DNA from: Clostridiales bacterium
Lineage (GTDB): Bacteria > Bacillota > Clostridia > Christensenellales > UBA3700
Length of the DNA: 64,000 nt
Direction of reading: 5' to 3'
NCBI GenBank assembly: GCA_015055975.1
Contig: SVHF01000001.1
Span: forward strand, 134,752-198,751
Shown piece by piece: positions 1-9,597 of the stretch (the first letter of the stretch is position 1; every line of letters starts with the position of its first letter). A program made the position numbers and the translations under genes. Under the pieces are notes generated by a model. It was given only the letters and a program-made list of their open reading frames with translations, did not search any database and had not been told where the DNA came from.

Positions 1-1
1 A

Positions 2-598
2 TATTTGGTTTTTGATAAAGAAAATTTAGACAAAATTATTGCTCAATCTCAAGCGATTGCAATAGGTATGGGAATGGGCCCAAAATACGAAGAAAACAAA
101 AAGATTATAAAATATGTGATTGAGAATTTCAAAGGGCCAATTTTGATTGACGCAGATGGCCTAAATGCCTTTAAAGATGATATTTCTTATCTTTTAGATA
201 AGGAAAACGTTTTATTAACTCCTCATCCAAAAGAATTGGCAAGATTATGTGGTAAAGAAATCCAAGATGTTTTAGAAGATGAAATAACATATTTAGATGC
301 TTTATTAAAAGACAAAAAAGCAACTATTTTGTTGAAGGGCGCATCAAGTGTTATTGCAACATCAAAAGATAAATATATTGTGACAAATGGAACGCCAGCT
401 TTGGCAAAGGGAGGTTCTGGAGATACGTTATCTGGAGTTATCTTAGGGCTTTTGGCTCAAGGTATAGATATTCCACGCGCGGCTTATATGGGGGCGTACT
501 TATGCGCTAAAAGTGCTAGCGATTTACAAAAAGATTATTCAGTATATGGCGTTTTAGCCTCAGATGTCGCAAAAAATATTTCTAATTATGTGAAATAA
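2..598 (+). CDS. nnr: NAD(P)H-hydrate dehydratase domain (YjeF/Nnr C-terminal, carbohydrate-kinase fold); 5' end lies outside the window
   Basis: Frame is open to the window edge. LLTPHPKE, ILLKGA and C-terminal GGSGDTLSG motifs are typical of YjeF_C. Stop at 596-598. Confidence 0.75.
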   Translation, partial: YLVFDKENLDKIIAQSQAIAIGMGMGPKYEENKKIIKYVIENFKGPILIDADGLNAFKDDISYLLDKENVLLTPHPKELARLCGKEIQDVLEDEITYLDALLKDKKATILLKGASSVIATSKDKYIVTNGTPALAKGGSGDTLSGVILGLLAQGIDIPRAAYMGAYLCAKSASDLQKDYSVYGVLASDVAKNISNYVK

Positions 599-610
599 TT
601 TAATTCTTCA

Positions 611-639
611 TTGAACGCAATATTTATGTGTGTTATTAT
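611..639 (+). promoter_or_regulatory. Candidate sigma-A promoter TTGAAC-17-TATTAT for the symporter gene
   Basis: TTGAAC 611-616, 17 nt spacer, TATTAT 634-639, about 30 nt upstream of the AGAGGG RBS and ATG 671. Confidence 0.4.
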
Positions 640-670
640 ATTATTATAAATATAAATAAAGAGGGCAATT

Positions 671-2305
671 ATGACTGACACAACAAAACCAAAGTTTTTT
701 GACAAGATCCTTGGAGTTGATCCAACAGACAAAAATTCAATGCAATCTAAAGAAGTTATATCTTATTCAATTGCAGGCTTAGGCCAAAACATTATTTGCC
801 AATTAGTTACAACATTCTTCATGTATTATTTAACAACTGCATGTGGAATTAATGACGATGGCATTATGTATTTAGCTTACATGTTCTTATTCGCAAGATT
901 ATTTGACGCTTTCAACGATCCAATCATGGGTACAATCGTTGATAGAACAAAGTCTAGGTGGGGTAAGATGAGACCATATTTATTGTTCTCTCCAATTCCA
1001 ATTGCGATATTTACAGTATTGTTATTTACAACGCTTCCAGGAGAAGTATCTCAATCTGCTAAATTAGCATATTCAACAATTATTTATCTATTGTGGGGTA
1101 TTGCATATACATCTGTTGACGTTCCATATTGGGGACTTGCATCTTCAATGACATCAGATACAAATAAGAGAAATACAATGTTAACCGTAGCTCGTTTGTT
1201 CTGTACAATCGGTTCTGGATTAGTTTCGGTTGTAATTCCTATCATTACAGGAAATTTAGGAACGGATGCTAGTGTATTGAAAACTGCTTATTTAATTATT
1301 GCTATTGTTTCTGTATTAATTGCAGTTCCTCCATTCTTCCTAGGATTTAAGAATACAAAAGAAAGATACTTTGAAGCTAACAAAGAAAAAGAATCTCTAA
1401 AAGATAATATCAAGTTGTTATTCAAGAACAAGCCAATTCTATTAATGATTGCAATTGGTGTTGTTGGCTCTTTAAGAACTATTTATATGACAACTGCTTT
1501 ATACTATGCATCAGTTAACCTTGGAAATACAGCCTTAGCATCAGCTATGTTTATGTTAGTTGTTCCTGGTGGTTTAGTTGCAACACTTTTAACACCATAT
1601 CTTTCTAAGAAGTTTGGAAAGAGAAATGTATTCCTATGGTCTCACCTTGTCGGGGGTATTTTACTAATTGGTTTGTATTTCTTAGGATACAATTCAGAAG
1701 CAGGTGCATTTGATGGTACTACAAACTTAGCAATAATTATGTTCTATATTATTATCATTCTTGCTGGTATCCCAACAGGATTTAGTAACATCCTTACATA
1801 CTCAATGATTGGTGATAGTATTGACTATCTAGAAGATAAGACAGGAAAGAGAGCAGAAGGTATTTGCTACGCAATGCAAACACTTATCTCTAAAATTGGT
1901 ATGGCATTAACAGCTTTCGTTACATTATTGGTTTTAGGTAAAGCTGGTTATGCTACAGTTACAGCTGGCGGACAAATTTCAGCAGATTCACCTGAATTAG
2001 CTGCAGTTGTACTTACTGTAAAATCTAACATTTGGTTAGTAACAACTCTTGCTTGTGGTATTTCTATGGCCGCTTGTGCAATTCCTCTATTGTTCTATGA
2101 TTTCAATGAAAAAGAACAAGCTGAGGCTGTTGCTAGAGTCGCTGCTAGAAAGGCTGCAATGAATCAACAAGCTGAAATGGTTGAAGCTACAGTTACTGTC
2201 GATGAACAAAATGAAGCTAAGGGTTTAGAAGCTGGTGTATCTGAAATTATTGGAGATATCATTAGCGACGAACCTACAAGCACTGACGATACAAAAAAAG
2301 AGTAA
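671..2305 (+). CDS. Glycoside-pentoside-hexuronide (GPH/MelB-family) cation symporter
   Basis: 544 aa polytopic membrane protein. Loop DAFNDPIMGTIVDRTKSRWGKMRPY matches the GPH family signature. Acidic, non-membrane C-terminal tail. Confidence 0.75.
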   Translation: MTDTTKPKFFDKILGVDPTDKNSMQSKEVISYSIAGLGQNIICQLVTTFFMYYLTTACGINDDGIMYLAYMFLFARLFDAFNDPIMGTIVDRTKSRWGKMRPYLLFSPIPIAIFTVLLFTTLPGEVSQSAKLAYSTIIYLLWGIAYTSVDVPYWGLASSMTSDTNKRNTMLTVARLFCTIGSGLVSVVIPIITGNLGTDASVLKTAYLIIAIVSVLIAVPPFFLGFKNTKERYFEANKEKESLKDNIKLLFKNKPILLMIAIGVVGSLRTIYMTTALYYASVNLGNTALASAMFMLVVPGGLVATLLTPYLSKKFGKRNVFLWSHLVGGILLIGLYFLGYNSEAGAFDGTTNLAIIMFYIIIILAGIPTGFSNILTYSMIGDSIDYLEDKTGKRAEGICYAMQTLISKIGMALTAFVTLLVLGKAGYATVTAGGQISADSPELAAVVLTVKSNIWLVTTLACGISMAACAIPLLFYDFNEKEQAEAVARVAARKAAMNQQAEMVEATVTVDEQNEAKGLEAGVSEIIGDIISDEPTSTDDTKKE

Positions 2306-2368
2306 TATTAAAACTTAAAAGGAGAGTTCTGCCGCTCTTAAATTGAGCGGCAGACTTAACATATACAT

Positions 2369-3874
2369 ATGGCATATACATCACTTTATCGTAAATATAG
2401 ACCACAAACTTTTGATGCTATGATTGGACAACATCATATTCGTCAAACACTAAAGAATGTTGTTTTGACGGGTAATATTGCCCATGCATATCTATTTACA
2501 GGTTCTCGTGGTACAGGAAAAACTTCAACAGCTAAGGTTTTTGCTAAAGCAATTAACTGTTTACATCCAAAAGAGGATGGATCACCTTGCTGTGAATGTG
2601 CTGTATGTAAAACATTATCAAAAGAAAACAACTTAGATATCATTGAACTAGATGCTGCATCAAATAACAGCGTAGAGAATATTCGTTCGGTTGTAGAAAA
2701 AGTTAATTATGCGCCAACAGCTGGTAAGTATAAAGTATATATAATCGACGAAGTCCATATGTTATCTGCATCTGCATTCAATGCATTTTTGAAGACATTG
2801 GAAGAACCACCTGAACACGTTGTGTTCATTTTGGCTACAACTGATGTTCAAAAACTACCAGCTACAATTATTTCAAGATGTCTAAGATTCGATTTTAGAT
2901 TGATTCCAAACGATGAATTAATTGCTCATCTAAAATACATCTTCAATCAAGAAGGGAAAAGATATGAAGATGAAGCGCTAGCAGCTATAGCTGAAGCTGG
3001 AAATGGTAGCGCAAGAGACACATTATCTATCGCCGATATGGTTCTATCTTATTGCGGCGACAATATTATTGACTATAAATCTGTACTTGAAGTTTTAGGT
3101 GCTTCATCTCCAGAAAACATATATGAAATTTGCGATAACATCGTAATGGGAAGAGTAGATAAAGCTTTGGCTTTAACAAACAAGTTAATTAACCTTGGTA
3201 AAGATGTAAGAGTAATTGCATCAGATCTTGCCAAAATGTTAAATAACATTTTATATATCAAGAATTGCCAAGATGCTAAAGATGTATTATCTGTTCCAAG
3301 TGAGCTATATCTAAAGATGAAAGATACATCTATATCGGCAGATAACTCTAAGATTTATAGATCGGCCGAAATCTTCGCGTTAATTGATAATTCGTTGAGA
3401 TATTCATCTCAGCCAAAAGTTGTGCTAGAAGCGTCGGTAGCGAAGGCATGCGATATATCTACAAGTATAGATGATGCAACAATCTCTAGACGTGTAGCAG
3501 ATTTGGAGGCTTTCAAAAGAACATTCCAAGGAATGGATACAAAAGAAGGCACAACAGTTACTGCTAGAAAAATCTGGGGAGACTTGATGAACTTTATGAC
3601 AACAGATAAATCAACAGCTCACTATGAGAGAATGGTTTGCGAAGATGCTCATAAAGATGCGAACACAAAAATCGAACTTGTAAATAAGGAGATTTGGATT
3701 TCAACTAAAAACGATCAAATCTTAAACGAATTACTAAGATATAAGAGTGTAATTCTAAGAGAAATCCAAGCATTCTATCCAGAGATCCAAGTTTTAAAAA
3801 TTACAAAAGAAGTAGAAAAACTAGAAGAAACAATGAACGAAATTAATTCATTGTTTGATAAATCAACAAAATAA
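2369..3874 (+). CDS. dnaX: DNA polymerase III subunit gamma/tau
   Basis: YRPQTFDAMIGQ N-terminus, Walker A GSRGTGKTS, Cys module CLHPKEDGSPCCECAVC, Walker B IIDEVHML, sensor ISRC. Conserved dnaX-ybaB-recR order. Confidence 0.95.
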   Translation: MAYTSLYRKYRPQTFDAMIGQHHIRQTLKNVVLTGNIAHAYLFTGSRGTGKTSTAKVFAKAINCLHPKEDGSPCCECAVCKTLSKENNLDIIELDAASNNSVENIRSVVEKVNYAPTAGKYKVYIIDEVHMLSASAFNAFLKTLEEPPEHVVFILATTDVQKLPATIISRCLRFDFRLIPNDELIAHLKYIFNQEGKRYEDEALAAIAEAGNGSARDTLSIADMVLSYCGDNIIDYKSVLEVLGASSPENIYEICDNIVMGRVDKALALTNKLINLGKDVRVIASDLAKMLNNILYIKNCQDAKDVLSVPSELYLKMKDTSISADNSKIYRSAEIFALIDNSLRYSSQPKVVLEASVAKACDISTSIDDATISRRVADLEAFKRTFQGMDTKEGTTVTARKIWGDLMNFMTTDKSTAHYERMVCEDAHKDANTKIELVNKEIWISTKNDQILNELLRYKSVILREIQAFYPEIQVLKITKEVEKLEETMNEINSLFDKSTK

Positions 3875-3888
3875 CCGGAGGTATACAT

Positions 3889-4224
3889 ATGGGATTTGGT
3901 CCTTATAGAGGTGGCGGCGGTGGCATGGGTAACATGCAACAATTAATGAAGCAAGCCCAAAAGATGCAACAAGATTTGCAAAATGCACAAGAAGAATTAA
4001 AGGAACTTGAAGTTACAGGTAGTGCTTCAAATATGGTTGAAGTTACAATGACTTGTGATGGAAAGCTTACAGGTATTCATATTAAGCCTGAAGCTGTTGA
4101 TCCAGATGATGTAGAAATGTTAGAAGATTTAATTACGGCAGCATTTAACGATGCTATGGATCAAGTAGAAACAGAGAAGAACGAAAGACTTGGTCAATTC
4201 TCTAATATGGGATTAGGATTCTAA
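3889..4224 (+). CDS. ybaB: Nucleoid-associated protein YbaB/EbfC
   Basis: 111 aa. MQQLMKQAQKMQQDLQ...EL motif. Sits between dnaX and recR. Confidence 0.9.
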   Translation: MGFGPYRGGGGGMGNMQQLMKQAQKMQQDLQNAQEELKELEVTGSASNMVEVTMTCDGKLTGIHIKPEAVDPDDVEMLEDLITAAFNDAMDQVETEKNERLGQFSNMGLGF

Positions 4225-4225
4225 T

Positions 4226-4810
4226 ATGAACGAAATTGATTCACTAAATTCATTAGTAGCTCAATTTACAAAGCTTCCTGGTGTTGGCAAAAAGACAGCA
4301 CAACGCTATGCATATTCAATTATTAATATGTCTAAAGAAGATGCAAAATTATTTGCAGATTCAATTATGGACGTAAAAGATAAGGTTCATTATTGCTCAG
4401 TTTGTGGAAACTATACAGATGGAGATGTTTGTGAAATTTGCAAAACAAGAGATGCATCAACAATTTGTGTTGTTAAAGATCCAAAAGATATTGAAGCTTT
4501 CGAAAAGACAAAGGATTATAAGGGAGTTTACCATGTTTTACATGGTACGCTATCTCCATTGTCAGGAATTGGTCCTAATGATATTAGAATCAAAGAATTG
4601 CTTGCAAGACTTAACGATGTTAAAGAAGTTATACTAGCTACAAACCCAGATGTAGAAGGGGATGCAACAGCTATGTATATAGCAAGACTTATAAAGCCAA
4701 TGGGCATTAAAGTTACAAGAATTGCATCTGGCGTTTCTATGGGTTCAGATATCGAATATACAGATGAAGTAACGCTATCAAGAGCGCTTCAAGATAGAAA
4801 AGATATCTAA
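4226..4810 (+). CDS. recR: Recombination protein RecR
   Basis: LPGVGKKTAQR helix-hairpin-helix, Cys4 finger CSVCGNYTDGDVCEIC, Toprim segment ILATNPDVEGDATAMY. Confidence 0.95.
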   Translation: MNEIDSLNSLVAQFTKLPGVGKKTAQRYAYSIINMSKEDAKLFADSIMDVKDKVHYCSVCGNYTDGDVCEICKTRDASTICVVKDPKDIEAFEKTKDYKGVYHVLHGTLSPLSGIGPNDIRIKELLARLNDVKEVILATNPDVEGDATAMYIARLIKPMGIKVTRIASGVSMGSDIEYTDEVTLSRALQDRKDI

Positions 4811-4825
4811 AAATCTATGGCATAA

Positions 4826-6650
4826 AAAATGGGGCTGTTCGAAAACCTAAAAGTTTAGAACAGCTCTTTTTCTATGCTCATTTTTATGAAGATTTAGTAA
4901 CCGAACAATCTTAGATTGTTCGAAAACCTATTTAGCCTGATAATTCTCGATCATTTTTCTATTTATCTTTAACCCCTTTTTAGATAGACGTTTCCAACTT
5001 GGTTTTCTAAAGTGTTCTGGTTCAATGTAATCTGATGCTTCCCAGAATCTATTAGTTGTTCCTGTTTCATAGAATCTAAATAGTTTTGATATATTAATGC
5101 CAAGGTAGTTTAGCATAGATTCAGTAGACACTTTATTTAATCCTCTTCTTCTAAATCTTGTATATCCATAGTCTTGTTTTTCGATTCCGAATATACCTTC
5201 AACTTGTATACTACGATTCACTCTCATTTCTATTCCTTTAATAGAGCATAGATTATCTTGTGCTTGGTATTTAAATCTTTCCAATTCTTTTATTACTTCG
5301 AATATTTTAAAATCTTCATCTTGGCGAAACATATATTTTTTACAGAATGGACGCCAATGACAAGAATTACACCCATCGATTCTAAAGAAGACAGATTCTG
5401 CTTTTCTAGGATGTCTATTTGGTAGCAATACTTCATGGCCTACAAAACCATTTAAACAAGTTATTGTGCCATCTTCATTTAAATGATAACAATCCGGATT
5501 TCTTGCAGATTTGTTTCCTTCCCAAGACTGATGCTTTACGAAGTTTTCTATATTATGTTTGTTTAGATAGCGATAATTCTCTAAAGATCCATACCCAGCA
5601 TCGGCGCATATTCTTTTAGGGAATTGCTTATACATTTTAGAGAAAACATCGATAATTCCGATAAAATCTGTAATATCTGTTCTTGATTGAGATACATAAT
5701 ATGCAAAAACAATTCCTTTTATTACCAATATTTGCACATTATATGCGGCATGCATATTACTACCTAAACCAGAATAGTAATCTGCTTTAAGAGTCATAGC
5801 TGTAGCGTCATGATCGGTTTTGAAATATGATTTTCTATTTGGTCCAATAATATCTTCTTTTTCTTCGTATTCTAACACCTTTTGTAAAAGCCCAAATAAA
5901 GCTTTAATTGTATGGTCATATGTTATTTCAGTTAAAGTATTTCTTTTTGTTCTTAATCCATCTATTGCTAAGGTAAGAGTACTACTTCTAATAAATTCTT
6001 CTTCGCGATAATTGGGAATTAAAGAAAACTGTTTTATTATATTTGAAGATTTAACAGATAACCTCTTATGATGCTTAGTAGGTTTCCAGACAAAGTTATA
6101 TTTGTTTGCATTTGCTTCGAACTTACTTCCATCAATAAAGGCATCGTCAAATGATATATTTAATTCTTTAGCTATTTCTTGAGATATCTTAGCAAATATT
6201 TCTATTTCATTAGGGACTATTACTTTGTTGATAAAGTCGCAAAACTTTGTGTATATTGGTCGCTCTTGTTCCATGAGATAAATATATCTAAGATCGAATT
6301 GGCAAGCATCTGCTAATTCTCTTAGTGTGCATTTTGTAAACGCAAATCCATATACTATTGTTGCAAACAAATTGTAATAGTTATATCCTGGACGGCCACC
6401 TTTTTCTGTTTGGTTCTTTACGTAACGAGCTATTATTTCTCCGACTCCAGAATTCTCTAAAAGCAGTAAAAATCTATCCATTTTTGCCTGTTCCTTAACC
6501 TCTAGGTCGAAGGAAGGCAGCATGAACACTTTTCTTGTAGTAAAATATGCCATAAGTTTTTCTCCATATGGCATTATTTTAACAAAAATGGTTATTTCTG
6601 TATGAAAAAGGGACTGTTCTTAAATTTTAGGTTTTCGAACAGCCCCATTT
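4826..6650 (-). mobile_element. IS1182-family insertion sequence with about 28-33 bp imperfect terminal inverted repeats
   Basis: Left end AAAAATGGGGCTGTTCGAAAACCTAAAAGTTTAGAACAG (from 4826). Right end, reverse-complemented from 6650, is AAAAATGGGGCTGTTCGAAAACCTAAAATTTAAGAACAG. One 548 aa transposase ORF lies between them. Exact ends are uncertain by a few nt. Confidence 0.8.
4928..6574 (-). CDS. IS1182-family (IS5-like DDE) transposase
   Basis: N-terminal InsH/DUF772-like GGRPGYNYYNLFATIVYGF...LRELADAC. C-terminal VEGIFGIEKQDYGYTRFRRRGLNKV...LGINISKL is typical of IS5/IS1182 transposases. Size of about 550 aa fits IS1182. Confidence 0.75.
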   Translation of the reverse strand: MPYGEKLMAYFTTRKVFMLPSFDLEVKEQAKMDRFLLLLENSGVGEIIARYVKNQTEKGGRPGYNYYNLFATIVYGFAFTKCTLRELADACQFDLRYIYLMEQERPIYTKFCDFINKVIVPNEIEIFAKISQEIAKELNISFDDAFIDGSKFEANANKYNFVWKPTKHHKRLSVKSSNIIKQFSLIPNYREEEFIRSSTLTLAIDGLRTKRNTLTEITYDHTIKALFGLLQKVLEYEEKEDIIGPNRKSYFKTDHDATAMTLKADYYSGLGSNMHAAYNVQILVIKGIVFAYYVSQSRTDITDFIGIIDVFSKMYKQFPKRICADAGYGSLENYRYLNKHNIENFVKHQSWEGNKSARNPDCYHLNEDGTITCLNGFVGHEVLLPNRHPRKAESVFFRIDGCNSCHWRPFCKKYMFRQDEDFKIFEVIKELERFKYQAQDNLCSIKGIEMRVNRSIQVEGIFGIEKQDYGYTRFRRRGLNKVSTESMLNYLGINISKLFRFYETGTTNRFWEASDYIEPEHFRKPSWKRLSKKGLKINRKMIENYQAK

Positions 6651-6667
6651 TTGCATTTAATCAATTA

Positions 6668-8203
6668 TTAATCCTTTAAAGATAATCCTTCTTTTAAGAA
6701 CTTATCAAAGGCTGCTTGGCCAACTTCAGTATTTTTAAATACTGCAGTGCATTCCAAAATCTCTTCGCAAGCTGCGTTTACATACTTTGTAATAACGCCT
6801 TTTGCCTTAACTGAATTGCAAGATGTACCGTTATCATTAACTAGTTGTGCAATCATGCCAAAGTGCTTAGATAATGGGTTTTCTGGATTTGTTAATTCCT
6901 TTGGATCAAATGGAGTTTTTCCAGTTAGGATATCTTCGATTCCAGCAAATTCTTTTTGTAATCTTCCTGGAAGAATGAATAGACCCATAACTTCGATTAA
7001 GCCAATACCTTCTTTCTTAATGTTATGAAGATGTGGGGCAGCGTGGAAAATGCCATCTGGGAATTCTTTATTTGTTCTATTATTTCTTAGAATCATATCG
7101 ATGATATATTTGTTGCCTTCCTTTCTTACGATTGGAGTAATTGCGTTATGTGGTTCTTCTTCTTTAGCAATAATGCCAACAGATTCATCTGAATAATTGA
7201 ACCAGTTATCTAATACTTCTTTTGCTTGCTTTGTAATGTTTTCTTTGTTTTCAGATTCTAATCTTACAACAGAGTTGTACCAATTGATTGTATAGATTTG
7301 AACATCCTTATATTTTAGGTTTTCATATCTATGCTTATTCTTTGCTGCAAACATAGGTAGAACTTTAGCACCACCTTGGTAGTGGTCATGAGATAGAATT
7401 GATCCACCAACGATTGGTAAAGATGCATTTGATCCCAAGAAATAATGAGGGAATAAATCAACGAAATCTAACAATCTCTTAATTGTATCGATTGTAACGT
7501 TCATTGGTCTATGCTCATTGCAAAGAGCAATTAGGTGTTCTTCAAAATATTGATATGGGCTGTATTGTAATGACCAAGCTTCGTTATTTAGAGTCATTGG
7601 AATTGTACGTAGAGTTTGACGAGCAGGGTGTGAAATATGTCCTGCATATCCTACGTTTTCTAGGCATAATAAGCAAGCTGGGTATCCAGATTTTGGTCTA
7701 GATTTTTCAAGTGCAATTTGCTTTGGATCCTTTTCTGGCTTAGATAGATTGATAGTAATATCAATTTTCCCAAGTTTTCCATCGTGAGACCACTTGATAT
7801 TTTTTGCTATATCTTTAACTCTAATATAGTTAGAAGCTTTAGATACATTAAAGAACCAATCTGTTGCATCTTTAATTGTACCATTTGCTGCTATAGCATC
7901 GAATTTTTCAATAGTTTGAGATGGAAGAAGAGAAACCATACCCATAATTTTTGTTTCGAATAATAGTTTTTCGTTTTCTTCAATCATCTTGTTTTCTACA
8001 GCATATTGAACAATCTTATCTAATACTTCTTCTTGGAAGTTTTCTGGATATGATGTTGCTTTTTCAGCTGGAGAATCAAAATGGAACAAATCGATTAATT
8101 GGTTTGTGATGTAATTGACATCAGCATCTTTAATAGATAAGTTCTTTTGAGCGTATAATACTAATTCTTGTAACTTTTGTTTAACTTCTTGTTGTGAAAT
8201 CAT
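6668..8203 (-). CDS. galT: UDP-glucose--hexose-1-phosphate uridylyltransferase (Gram-positive type 2 GalT)
   Basis: About 510 aa with the SHDHYQGG active-site motif and CLLCLEN. Start is placed at ATG 8203 (GAGG 6 nt upstream), not the upstream TTG of the ORF track. Confidence 0.85.
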   Translation of the reverse strand: MISQQEVKQKLQELVLYAQKNLSIKDADVNYITNQLIDLFHFDSPAEKATSYPENFQEEVLDKIVQYAVENKMIEENEKLLFETKIMGMVSLLPSQTIEKFDAIAANGTIKDATDWFFNVSKASNYIRVKDIAKNIKWSHDGKLGKIDITINLSKPEKDPKQIALEKSRPKSGYPACLLCLENVGYAGHISHPARQTLRTIPMTLNNEAWSLQYSPYQYFEEHLIALCNEHRPMNVTIDTIKRLLDFVDLFPHYFLGSNASLPIVGGSILSHDHYQGGAKVLPMFAAKNKHRYENLKYKDVQIYTINWYNSVVRLESENKENITKQAKEVLDNWFNYSDESVGIIAKEEEPHNAITPIVRKEGNKYIIDMILRNNRTNKEFPDGIFHAAPHLHNIKKEGIGLIEVMGLFILPGRLQKEFAGIEDILTGKTPFDPKELTNPENPLSKHFGMIAQLVNDNGTSCNSVKAKGVITKYVNAACEEILECTAVFKNTEVGQAAFDKFLKEGLSLKD

Positions 8204-8340
8204 GTAGAACCTCAATAAATTTATTTAGTATTTTAATTATACAAAGTTAAAATATTAAAAGCAATGGGCACGCTTCTATTATATTGCGCGTGTAATATAT
8301 TTGTGCTAAAATCTAAACAGCACTATAAAGGAGTCTACTT

Positions 8341-9597
8341 ATGGGCATTACAGCAAAAGATCTACTTGAAAATAAGAAATTTTTAGCATCAACGAAGTTG
8401 CTTTATGGGGATAATAAAGAAGAATATCAAGCAAAAAGATATGAAAATCTTTATAACATTCACAAAAAGACTTATGGAGATAATTGCACATTTTTCTCAT
8501 CTTCAGGAAGAATAGAAGTTTGTGGAAACCATACAGATCACAACAACGGTAAGGTTTTATGTGCATCAATTTCTGTAGATACTATTGCTTGTGTTACTCC
8601 ACTTGAAGGAAAGATTATTATTGCTTCTATTGGATACCCAGTAGTTGAAGTAGATATAAGCGATTTGAATGTTCACAAAGAAGAATTTGGAAAGAGCGAA
8701 GGCCTTGTTCGCGGCGTTTTAGCATACTATAAGCAAAACGGATATAAAATCGGTGGCTTTGCTGCAACAACTACATCTGATGTTTTTAAAGGTGCAGGTG
8801 TTTCTTCATCAGCTTCTTTTGAACTTTTAGTTGCGGAAATTTTGAACGTAATGTTCAATGATGGAAAAATCGATGTAATAACAAAAGCAAAAGCTGCTCA
8901 TATGGGAGAAAGTGACTACTTCGGAAAGCCATGTGGTCTTTTAGATCAAAGCGCTATCTCAATTGGCGGAGTAAGCTATATTGATTTTAAATCAACTAAA
9001 GATCCTAAAGTTGAAAAAATCGATTGGCCATTCAATGATTTGGCTATCGTTATAACAAATACAGGTGGCGACCACTGTAATTTAACAGGTGAGTATGCGG
9101 CAATTAGGGAAGAAATGGAAGCTGTTGCTAAATTCTTCCACAAGAAAGTACTAAGAAAAGTAAAAGAAGAAGAATTCTATGAGAACATCTCGAAATTAAG
9201 AGAAGTTGTATCAGATAGAGCAATCGAAAGAGCAATACATTATTTCAACGAAAATAGACGTGTAGATATTGCTAAAAAAGCATTGCAAAAAGGACAAGAA
9301 AAGAAATTTATTGATATGATAAATCAATCTGGTATCAGTTCGTTAACAATGTTGCAAAACTGTTTCCCAAATGGTGCAGTTGCTCAACCAATTCCATTAG
9401 GAATTGCGCTATCTAAGCAAATAAAAGGCGTAAAGGCAGTTAGAGTTCACGGGGGTGGATTTGCTGGAACTATCATAGCTTATGTAGAAAAGAGTGAAGT
9501 TAAAAATTACGTTAAAGAGATGTCTAAAGTATTTGGAGATGAAAATGTGTTCCATATTGAAGTTAGAAATATTGGAGCATGTAAGGTAGAACTATAA
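8341..9597 (+). CDS. galK: Galactokinase-family GHMP kinase
   Basis: GRIEVCGNHTDHNNG (galactokinase signature variant), GHMP ATP loop GAGVSSSASF, C-terminal GGGFAGT. Divergent from galT. Confidence 0.75.
   Translation: MGITAKDLLENKKFLASTKLLYGDNKEEYQAKRYENLYNIHKKTYGDNCTFFSSSGRIEVCGNHTDHNNGKVLCASISVDTIACVTPLEGKIIIASIGYPVVEVDISDLNVHKEEFGKSEGLVRGVLAYYKQNGYKIGGFAATTTSDVFKGAGVSSSASFELLVAEILNVMFNDGKIDVITKAKAAHMGESDYFGKPCGLLDQSAISIGGVSYIDFKSTKDPKVEKIDWPFNDLAIVITNTGGDHCNLTGEYAAIREEMEAVAKFFHKKVLRKVKEEEFYENISKLREVVSDRAIERAIHYFNENRRVDIAKKALQKGQEKKFIDMINQSGISSLTMLQNCFPNGAVAQPIPLGIALSKQIKGVKAVRVHGGGFAGTIIAYVEKSEVKNYVKEMSKVFGDENVFHIEVRNIGACKVEL

Noticed and set aside
2369-3874. Programmed ribosomal frameshift in dnaX (gamma/tau), as in E. 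coli.
   Set aside because: I found no A-AAA-AAG type slippery heptamer with a downstream hairpin inside the gene. The only A-rich run (about 2291-2300) is in the upstream symporter gene.
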